A DNA stretch of 59,217 nt, filler included, from Globobulimina sp. (lineage: Eukaryota): NCBI GenBank assembly GCA_003354225.1. It is 10 parts of 10 records of this genome, joined end to end, with 100 filler letters (N's around TTAATTAATTAA, not from the genome) between each part and the next. Parts side by side here need not be neighbours in the genome. Positions count along the whole stretch, not along the records: positions 47,470 to 53,294 come from PIVH01000430.1; positions 53,395 to 59,217 come from PIVH01000431.1; 8 more parts are not named here. One strand, 5' to 3'. Positions 50,401-59,217 of the stretch are shown here, in pieces (positions within the stretch are counted from its first letter, which is position 1; every line of letters starts with the position of its first letter). The notes beneath the pieces were generated by a model. The model made no database searches and was not told the origin of the DNA. It saw nothing but the letters and a program-made list of their open reading frames with translations. Made by a program: the position numbers and the translations under genes.

Positions 50401-51031
50401 AGGTTATCGACAAGATAAAAATAATAAACGTATCACTTATCCATTGGGTTTGAATATGAATAAATTTGTTTATAAAGCAACAGGAAGTGCCAGTAATGAA
50501 AATTCTGTATATGTTCATTATCCAAACAATGGCCCATATATTTATGATTTACGTTTTGTAATAATTCATATTGGAATATCAACTGGCGGTCACTATAAAT
50601 GTTTAACTGTTGATTGTGACACAAATTGGTACATATTCAGTGATTCATATTATCGAATATGTCAACCTCATGAATATAAGCAATATTTTGGTGATGGAAT
50701 ATCCAATAAAAATGCTTATATTTTAGGATATATCAAACGTAACACTGAACAGTTTGATTTGTTTTCTTATCATGATAATGCAACTCAGTCTGATGGAGAT
50801 ATTGAGGGAGATATTGATGGAGATATTGATGGAGATATTAGTGATGGAGATATTGATATGGTTTCAAATACAAATAATGTGGATATAAATGATGGCAATA
50901 TTTCCAACGCATCAAACAACGCATATGTGAATCCACGAAAAAGAAATACCTCAGACTTGAATAATAATCATTCCATCAATGCAGTGCATCATTCATATAA
51001 CATGAGACCAAGGAAAAAGCGAAAGACTTGA
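47470..51031 (+). CDS. PIF/Harbinger-ISL2EU-type (DDE_Tnp_4) transposase fused to SWIM, PHD and USP (peptidase C19) domains, 5' truncated, 2 exons
   Basis: D (VVDVTY, 47478), D (MDRGY, 47736), E (VIERVF, 48425); intron 47852-48396 (AG|GTAAGT...TTGAAG|G); SWIM CICPNG...CVH; PHD CCIC...C..DNC...HNTC...CEYH; USP GLNNPCNCCYINSILQ, QSDA, LIFRLKR, HIG..TGGHY, WYIFSD; C-terminal NLS RPRKKRKT. Confidence 0.88.
47911..48334. repeat. Long imperfect inverted repeat (fold-back) inside the transposase intron
   Basis: 47911-48053 aligns with the reverse complement of 48191-48334 (shared blocks include ATTGATTAGAGT, ATTTAGTAAGATT, AGCAAATGTTT and TTTTAACCTCAA). Confidence 0.92.
50792..50857 (+). repeat. 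Coding 12-bp tandem repeat GATGGAGATATT (DGDI) x5
   Basis: Directly visible; encodes DGDIEGDIDGDIDGDISDGDID. Confidence 0.9.
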
Positions 51032-51071
51032 TTTAAAGTTGATTTAAGACTTAGGGTTTTCAAAAAGTTCA

Positions 51072-51085
51072 TGGCTCTGATACCA
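51072..51085 (-). promoter_or_regulatory. tRNA-iMet primer-binding site (TGGTATCAGAGCCA) preceded by an LTR-like ...CA end
   Basis: The minus strand reads ...GCAGACA TGGTATCAGAGCCA TGAAC; 14 nt complementary to the 3' end of initiator tRNA-Met. Confidence 0.7.
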
Positions 51086-51228
51086 TGTCTGCTGCACGCG
51101 TACGTCGGTCAAAAACTATCACAAGTATGTGGTATGATGATGGTTTATCACAATATGAACAAATCAGCCTGTCAAAAATGATGGTCTTCAGGGCTATATT
51201 TTCACAATGTTCTGTTTTTGATATATTT

Positions 51229-51663
51229 TTAGAAACCATTTAAATCACAGCCTCCCTTACAGCCTCCCCCCCTTGATACCAGATCTAACCAATTTTCTTT
51301 CTTTGAAACACATCTTTTTTTGCATGTCTCACCTTTTGGACAAGGCCACCAATCACAGTGATTACCTGTCATCTCGCCACCGTCGCTTTTATCAACACAT
51401 CTGTTTTTACAGACCAATCCTTCTTGACACCAGGTGCTGCCAATCCTTCTTACAGAAAATCCTTTTTTTTTGGTCCAAATTCCGCAACTATCACCTTTAC
51501 CATGTTTTGCCCAGACATTAGCTGCATTACGACCGACTCCTCTGATACCACTGGCAACACCATAGACGCCTACAGTACCAGCTACAGCTGCCGCACTCGC
51601 AACATCTGCCACAGATATGTTAAACCAGGAAAAGATGAATGTTACCAAAAGACTCAATTTCAT
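51229..51663 (-). CDS. Small secreted Cys-rich cationic protein
   Basis: Signal MKLSLLVTFIFSWFNISVA, a Gly/Ala-rich segment, and two copies of C-x2-G-x2-C-K-x-R-C-V-x-K. Confidence 0.7.
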   Translation of the reverse strand: MKLSLLVTFIFSWFNISVADVASAAAVAGTVGVYGVASGIRGVGRNAANVWAKHGKGDSCGIWTKKKGFSVRRIGSTWCQEGLVCKNRCVDKSDGGEMTGNHCDWWPCPKGETCKKRCVSKKENWLDLVSRGGGCKGGCDLNGF

Positions 51664-51865
51664 GATATCGGGCGCCGGCAATTTGAATGTTTGAAATGTG
51701 TTTAGGATTTTTGTCGAATGAGATCTAAGGTTAAAATGAAATCGATATCAGTTTAAAATGACAGTTTGTAGTATAAAAAGCAACTCATAATCAAGTATAA
51801 AAAAGGCAACACAATCAACATAATCAGATACAGCTGGTCATTATGACAAAAATATTGTGTGCCAT

Positions 51866-52286
51866 GATATTGGCTGTCGCATCAATGAATGCTGCAGAAT
51901 TATTGCCATTGATATCAATCCAAAAAAGTTTGACATAGCAAAGACAATGGGCGCCACAGAATGTATCAATCCATGGATTATCCAACGGAGCGAATTGAAC
52001 AAGTCATCATCAAGTTAACTGGTGGCGGTGTGGATTATTCATTTGAATGTGTTGGCATACCGTCTTTGAGGAGATCTGCGTTGGAGTGCACGCATCGTGG
52101 ATGGGACAAAGTGGTATTGTTGGCATTGCAGCGGATGGCTCAAAAATAAAAACTGATCCTATGCAATTGGTGAGTGGTAAATCATGGAAAGGCTCATTGT
52201 TTGGTGGTACCAAAGGGAGACATGGTGTGAAAGAAATTGTGGATTTAATTTGGTTTATGAAAACAAAAAAAAGAATGCAAAATTAG
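51866..52286 (+). pseudogene. Class III alcohol dehydrogenase (S-(hydroxymethyl)glutathione dehydrogenase) C-terminal fragment, two frameshifts
   Basis: [23 protein letters not shown] / [14 protein letters not shown]...ALECTHRGW / GQS...QLVSGKSWKGSLFGG across three frames; no N-terminal half. Confidence 0.85.
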
Positions 52287-52479
52287 AACTGTTGTTCATT
52301 TATTGAGTTATATCTTCAGAACAAGTACTTGTTTCTGTAGGATTTCCATATAATTATCGAGTGGAAGAGAGGTGACAGAGTGCAAAAGCTTATAAACAAT
52401 TGAAAAGTATTAGATCATCTTACATAGAAAATACAAGAAAGCAAACAAAAAAAAAATGAAAAAAAAAGGTGTGTGTCTA

Positions 52480-53294
52480 TTAAATTGGAATCGCAGTTTT
52501 AATCTTCGAAAGGACTTTGACTTTTTCCTCCAAAACAGTCACATCGACCTTCAAGACCCAAACATCCCTTTTCAGATCGGTCAAATCCGCCGTTTTATTT
52601 TGTAGTCCAAACTGGATCTCCTCCAATCTCTCCTCAATCTCACTCGTCAATGTCTGTATATTGACATATTCGTTGCTATTCTGCACATTGTTCAGCGCCG
52701 AGACCTTGACCAATGATTGGAATATTTTCCTCGACTGTTGCAACGTAGTGGCGATCGTATGCACCAATTCCGGCCGATTCTTATGCTGCGCCTCAAATTT
52801 GCGCCTCTCCTCATCCGTACATTGCCTATACTTTGTTTTGGAGATATCCTTAAAATCCACATCCACCAAAATCTGCACCACTTTATGCAATTTGCCCTGT
52901 TGGTTGGCCTTAATTAAGCCTTTCAAGCCCTTGATCCACAAAGCCGCCTCCTCCGCAGATTTGGCCACCACGTCCAACGACTTCAACTTGCTGCCATAGA
53001 TGATGCTAAACGACGCCTTTTCTAATGTTTTCTGCGTGCATTGCTTGAAGACTTCGGTCTGTTGTCCGTCTAAGATGTCCTTCATCTCTTTGATGTTTAC
53101 ATGCGTCTCATTCAGCGATTTCTTGCGCGAATACCACAGCAATTTGGTCAAATCATGGCTGAGTTGGAACCGCCGAAAGTGAGGGAAGCCGCGTCGGCCA
53201 TATTTGAGCATGGCGGCGCCCCGTTTCATCACCACAATGGCATCGATTTTAGGGCGCTTTTTCTTCTTCGCCGCCTCCGCGTTTTCCACATTCT
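52480..53294 (-). CDS. PH-domain protein (PLC/PRAF-type PH) with C-terminal coiled coil, 5' truncated
   Basis: AIVVMKRGAAMLKYGRRGFPHFRRFQLS..LLWYS, GQQTEVF, SFSIIY, SLDVVAK..EAALWIKGL. Confidence 0.85.
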
Positions 53295-53394
53295 NNNNNN
53301 NNNNNNNNNNNNNNNNNNNNNNNNNNNNNNNNNNNNNNTTAATTAATTAANNNNNNNNNNNNNNNNNNNNNNNNNNNNNNNNNNNNNNNNNNNN
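53295..53394. other. Artificial contig linker
   Basis: 44 N + TTAATTAATTAA + 44 N. Confidence 0.99.
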
Positions 53395-53514
53395 ATCATG
53401 CAAAAAATAATAGTTAATTAAAAAAAACATCAAAAAATACTTAAAACTTAAAATTTACAACTTAAAATACTCAAAAGTGGGAAACTAAAACTTAAAATTT
53501 ATAATTACAAAAAT

Positions 53515-56500
53515 TTATAGCAATGAAAAATTGTTTTTTTCTTCTTCTCCTTGTTTTGCCATTCTAATAAAAATCTGTTCTAAGGTAGTTTGCGACAATG
53601 CATACGCTTGAATTATACCCTTGAACTCGTTTCCTTTGATATCTTCTAAAATATTAAACATAGCACCTAATTTCAATTCATTTTCATCTTTAGCTAATTC
53701 ATACGATATCCGCGAGCCATTAAATTCAATCAACGTAGTTTCACCAAAATGTTTCTCTAATTCGTTTTGTAATCGATTTAACTGTTCACTTTTCTCTTTT
53801 TCATCGTCATTATTTGTAACCCGTTGTGTCAATGTAATATCTAATTGATAGCCTTTGCCATATCGTGATTTTAAATGTTGTGCAGTGCCAATACATTTTA
53901 ACTGACCATTGACCATAATACCAACACGATTGCACAACGCTTCTACCTCTATATTTTCCCAAACGTACGTATAGTTTTTGCAGTGTTTTTTGTATAGAAT
54001 ACAACATTAACTGACCTTCCATTGAATGCGTGGTTAAAATCACGCAGCGGCCGGCCATGGTCGTACTGATAAACTCCCACATATGTCTTCGCGACACGGG
54101 GTCCATTCCCGTAGAAGGTTCGTCTAAACAGCACACACAAAAAATAATTAACACACAGTGCGTATACACACAACATAACACTCACAAACCTAATAAAATA
54201 ATCGGTGGGTTTCCGATCATTGATACCTACGGCACGCAACAAATAACAATCAACATACAGATAACAAGGAACATCACATACCGCAACAGACAATTTCCGT
54301 TTATTACCTCCTGAATATGTGCCAGCAGTACGACTCTTATATTTATTCAATGTCAACGCAGACAGCAATACTTTAACCTGGGCATCAGCCTCATTGCCAG
54401 ACAAACCTTTGATCATCGCATAAAACTTCAAATGTTCCGCTCCCGTCAACAGATCAAAAATGGCATCAAACTGAGGACAGTAACCTACATATCTTCGACA
54501 TTGCAATTGATTTGAAATTGGAAAATTGGCAATAAATGCATTGCCGGCGGAGGGATATCGTTCACCGGTCAATGTGGCCAATGTAGTGGTCTTTCCTGCG
54601 CCATTCACGCCTAAATAGCCGAAAACCTCAGACTGCTTTACCCCGAAATATAAGTTTGTGACTGCCTCGATTTTATCAGCATCAGCTACCCGTTTGCCTA
54701 AACATGGAATAATACGCGATGACCCAGCGGGATCGTATACTTTCCGTAAGCCTGCCATAACTACGCTATCTTCACATTTTTCTCTGTCAATTGACACATT
54801 TCCATGTTCGTCGGTGATAATCGCGTCTAATATACGCTTCTTCTCTTCCAATACATCGACATCTAAGTCATCGTCGGTTTCTGTTAAAGGCCGATCTGTG
54901 ACAAAACCCAATTTACTTAATAAGACTGGAAATGTTGACAAATATTCTAAAAATAACACCAATGCAAAATAGCCCACGCCTTCGATGAACATTAATAAAT
55001 AATTCCGGCCGCAGACTTCCCAGTCATTATAGTCGTTGAATGGGAATAATAATGGTTTGGTGGATATATTCATTAAGGATTCACACATTAAAAAGACCGG
55101 AAAGATGCGATATAACCCTTTCAAATCACCATTTGTGTCGTGTGTGGATGGGATCATGTCCAATATAAATGACACTAAACCTAAAATCATTCCAAATATA
55201 ATATACAATAATATCGTACCTGTACACGTCCACAAAGCATAAATAATATATTTTCACAACAAACATATCGGAACAAACCTAATTGAGCCTTGGCAGGCGA
55301 TGTGAACACAAACGATAACAAATAAGTAAATGGTAATGCTGAAAATAAAAACATTACCAATGTTAAAAAAAATGGCCCAGCAGCCTCCTCTTGAAATGCT
55401 TCCGCATCGAACATATAAACAGAAGCAAACACAAACACCGAGGCCGGTAAACCAATGCAAATATCCGCAATGTAGTTGGATACCCAATAGGCCACAAATG
55501 AGATACCAGACACTAACTGCTGATGTTTGGTGAGATTCGTTTTCTCATTCACCATGAAATAAATAGCCCCCGCTGGAATAAAGGAAAACGCAATCACCAG
55601 ATATAAAGCTGCAAAAAAGCCACTTAATTGGCCCGATATTAGATCCTGTCTAGTTGTTACAGGCAAGGGATGCATGGACGCAGTGATCGAAAGCGTGTCC
55701 ACATCGCCCATAATATCATTAAAGATCCAATTGTTCCATAAGTTGACTGTAATGGGCAAAGCGTGATAGGCCGAGCCATTCACTCCAAACCAGACACGTT
55801 TTTGCTTATTCCTTGTCATCGAATAGGGGAAAAATAAAAATGCGTTATATTCCTCACTTTCTAGCTCTAATAAATAATCTTGAAACTGCTCACTTATACC
55901 TTCATAAAATGGAAATGGCGGAGCCGGGTACTCTGTCGTTTCCGTACAAGCATACCAACCCATCCTCGCCTCGTACTTAATGCATTGATTTACATTTCTC
56001 AACGAAACATTGATATATTCCGCAGCATCCACATCGATCGGCGTCAGAATCATGTCACCATTGCCATCTTCCAAGGAAGCAGCATAAGTATCATACAGCG
56101 TATTATTAACAGTATAAAAATTATCAGCAATCGTGTAAAACGGCACATCACTGCCATTCCTCTGCGGTGTGCCTGATGTGTCGTTGGTAGAATGGATCAA
56201 TACATCGTGTACATGGTCATAGAAACCAGGCGTTGTCGACAATTGAATCTCCGGCTGATTGCTGGCAATGGTAATGGTCATTAAGCCCAACGCCATTCCA
56301 GACAGCATCACGGGACAGATCAAGGAGCAAATCAAGGCCTTGAAATCGCGGAGGCTCCACCAAAACCGCTTATATAATACAGCGTAGACATGAATGAAAA
56401 AGATTTGGCACACATTCTGATCCTGGAGAGCAAAGTTGGAGACCATAGAAGGTTGCTTGAACTGGTCCTGTGCTGCTCGCTTAGCAGTCTCATCCATACC

Positions 56501-59217
56501 GACTTTGCTTTTTAACTCTTCGTCTGGGCTGAACTCGGCTGCGTGGTCGATCTCATCATGCCCGATTTTGAGGAAAACCTCCTCGAGTGTGGTCACAGAG
56601 ATGCCGTACGATTTGATGCTTAATCGGGCTTTGTTGTCATCCAAAATGTCGAATAACGCGCTGAAGCAGACAGCTTGTTCAAAGGGTAAACGATATGTCA
56701 ACTCTGAGCCTGCGAGAGCTACATCTTCCGCTCCCTTAATGGTGTCAAATACGAACGCATCCACTTCTTTTTTGATGCGCTCAATGTCTTTTGCGGTGTC
56801 ATCGCTTGCTTCCAACGACACTGTAAATGTGTAGCCGACGCCGTACTGTTGTTTTAAAAACAATGCAGAGCCGCAACATTTCACTTTGCCATTGCCCATA
56901 ATTGCAATTCTGTCGCCCAATATATCTGCCTCGTCCTTTTTTGTTTAATTGATTTAAATGAGTGTCAATGGCAAGGATTAGAAAACAAATTGTACCATGA
57001 AATGGGTGGTCAACACCATGCATCTGTTCTTTTTCTCTCTCGATATTAAATCCCATGTTACCCTACGACTCTGCGGGTCCATTCCTATTCGTACACATAC
57101 ATTCGATACAAAGTACTTCCCACAGAATCAACAAAACAAAACATACCCGAGGTTGGCTCATCTTATTCGTACACGTACATTCAATACAAAGTATTTTGCA
57201 CAGAATCAACAACAAAACAAAACAAACCTAAAAACACAATTTGCGAGCCACCGACCAACGCAATGCCTAAACTCAACTTTCTTTTCTGACCACCACTCAT
57301 TTGTTTAGGGAACATCCTGTCGTTGCCATCTACGCTCAAACCTGTGTCAGCTGTGATTTTGTCCACTTCTGCTTGGACCACATTGGTTGGCACACCTTTC
57401 AATCTCGCAAATAGCCATAAATGTTCCCGTACAGTCAATTTATCCCATAACACATTGTGCTGCGTGTTTGAATTAAATAATTACTGCAAATTGAAAAATA
57501 AATTGGACAGAATTAACTTGAGGACAGACGCCCAAATGTTTGCGAATCTCATTCATAGATTGCGAATCCGAGATATTGTTATTCATAATCCAGGCATTGC
57601 CAGAGGTTATTTCTAGTAAGCCCGTCATCATTGAGATCGTGGTCGTTTTGCCCGCACCGTTATGACCGAGCAAACAAAATACTTCGCCCCGATACATATC
57701 CAATGATATTTTCTGTACAGCTCTCACTTCTTTGCGCGAATTTTCGGTGAGCCCAAAGGATTTAAATGTTTTGCTCAAGTTTCGTATTGCGATTAATGCT
57801 TCGTCTTTATCATCGGGCACTGGTTCGTACGCCGTAGTCACTACATTTTTCGACATCGTCCGTTGTAATGTTAATTGTCGTTCATCGGAGGGTTTGCAAC
57901 ATTTTTTTGACCAATATGATGGCAGTAAAAAAAAATAAAATGGCTGTTTTTGTCCAAATGCGGATGGCCAAACCTGTTAACAATTAAAGATTTTTAAAGT
58001 AAGCTTTTTAAAGTAAGTGACTCACTCAAAAAAGCATGGCATGGCATGGCGTGAGGCAGAGTTTAACTGAACTTGATCCAGATATATGGTGAGTATCATA
58101 TATATGAAAATGTCAACAAACATCATAATATAGACAGTGACAAATTTAAACTCGGCATATTCATCATGGATGTTGTCAAAATTAACACCAATGGTACCGG
58201 TTTCATACTGAATGATTGTATCCACAGACACTACAAAACATGCCGGGCTTAATACGCAGAGTCCAGTCTTGCCCGCAGAATCTAATGAGCGATGGGACTG
58301 TGCACCGATTAGCACCGCAAAAAATATAATTAAACCAACTAATGAGGCGGTTTTGGGATTGTCGAATATGGTGGAAAACATCATTGCAAATGCGGCAGAG
58401 GACAAACAAAACAACCAAAACCATAAAAATATTATAGCAAAACTGGTATATCGAAATACCCCAAACCCACAGCCTAATATACTGACTAATAATGCCATGC
58501 CTGTGAATTCTATAAAAAACCATATCGTCCAACTGGTCCAATATGCCGCAGTCGTCGCTCCCATCATTTTCATACCTTACCATTGTGACAATATATCATT
58601 TTGAGATGATTTTTTTTCATCGCAAATCGCCTCAAAAAAAAATGCGTTATGTGAAAATTTTTGAGTGCAAAATTTTCTTAAACTTTCCAAACTAGTCACT
58701 TGAAATAGGAATAGTCCACAAAACTAGTCTACAAATGTACGACACGTACATACCTTCTTTGATTTTCGCACTTTTTTCTTCCACCAAAATAGATAAGACA
58801 GTAATGATGGGATAACAGAACATAATAAACAAGAAAAATGGAAATGTGCCGCCAACATAGAACCAATAATCATCCTGTTTATAGGGATAAGATGGAAATT
58901 GAAATACGCCTTTACTATATCCCGCAGTTTTGGCCTGAAATTCATCCATTTTGGCCATGAATTGTGCATTATCATCGCCGTCTGGATTATATTGTTGGTT
59001 TATGCCAAATTCCATAATACCTTCATCTAACCACGTTTGCAGCCACGGCAAGCCACTGCTTTGCAAATAATACGACAGTCCATATTCGAACAAGTTGCTA
59101 TTCGACTTTGAAAATATATCCACTTTGCCAGCTCCCCACTCTGTTGCTGGCAAATTTTTGGCATTAAATGGCAACTTATAGTCCCAAACCAGTCCATTTT
59201 AACAGCCGGTTTCATTG
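53515..59217 (-). CDS. Full-size ABC transporter subfamily A, multi-exon, 5' truncated
   Basis: Two NBDs ([31 protein letters not shown] and [30 protein letters not shown]), two TMDs, TTLEEVF and TTLEQIF motifs. Confidence 0.96.
57085..57227 (-). repeat. Two near-identical adjacent introns (57162-57227 and 57085-57146) flanking a 15-nt micro-exon
   Basis: Both read GT.TGTTTTGTTTTGTTG..ATTCTGTG..AA.TACTTTGTAT.GAATGTA.GTGTACGAATA(A)G. The micro-exon ATGAGCCAACCTCGG encodes (D)EPTS(G). Confidence 0.9.

Larger units (their letters stand above)
47470..51060 (+). mobile_element. PHIS-superfamily DNA transposon (or domesticated derivative); termini not resolved
   Basis: Encodes a DDE_Tnp_4 transposase. 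The left end is lost at the contig edge and no TIR/TSD can be confirmed. Confidence 0.65.

Noticed and set aside
51051-51056. TTAGGG as a telomere addition site
   Set aside because: Single hexamer, expected by chance.
5846-53394. Regularly spaced TTAATTAATTAA palindromes (about every 5.93 kb) as a biological repeat or array
   Set aside because: They always sit in identical N padding between size-sorted contigs, so they are artificial linkers. No synteny can be inferred across them.
396-59217. Alternative genetic code (stop readthrough) to explain in-frame ORF breaks such as 929/933 and 43546/43549
   Set aside because: The breaks I checked are spanned by GT-AG introns, and conserved genes end in ordinary TAA, TAG or TGA.
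1-59217. CRISPR arrays, rRNA or complete tRNA genes
   Set aside because: No repeat-spacer array or RNA gene was recognised. The tRNA-like 14-mer at 51072-51085 lacks the rest of a cloverleaf.

Overview
The window is not one locus. It is ten unrelated contigs of about 5.8 kb, in decreasing size order (5845 to 5823 nt), joined by identical 100-nt linkers (44 N + TTAATTAATTAA + 44 N). Most of the DNA comes from an AT-rich, extremely gene-dense eukaryote with many short (about 50-110 nt) GT-AG introns. The gene style suggests a rhizarian or foraminiferan, but that is inference. Host genes include ATG11/RB1CC1, importin-alpha, RRP43, THOC1, glutamate carboxypeptidase II, Aurora kinase, a C-type lectin receptor, a START protein, MRPL15, an SLC38-type transporter, MnSOD, a TPR/ARM protein and an ABCA transporter. 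Four contig ends carry prokaryotic fragments (deoxyhypusine synthase, ilvD, purL, a HYR-like repeat) that are best read as chimeras. Most notable: (1) a PIF/Harbinger-ISL2EU-type DDE transposase spliced in frame to SWIM, PHD and an intact-looking USP deubiquitinase; its catalytic triad is split by a 545-nt fold-back intron and it ends 40 nt from a tRNA-iMet primer-binding site; (2) an intron-containing eukaryotic EF-hand + GxxExxY PD-(D/E)XK nuclease fusion; (3) a Polinton/adintovirus-like segment with an integrase and spliced genes; (4) a DIRS/Ngaro-like gag with an intron; (5) two near-identical introns flanking a 15-nt micro-exon, suggesting recent intron gain; (6) four head-to-head gene pairs with start codons only 46-64 nt apart. 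All family calls come from motif recognition by eye; no searches were run.
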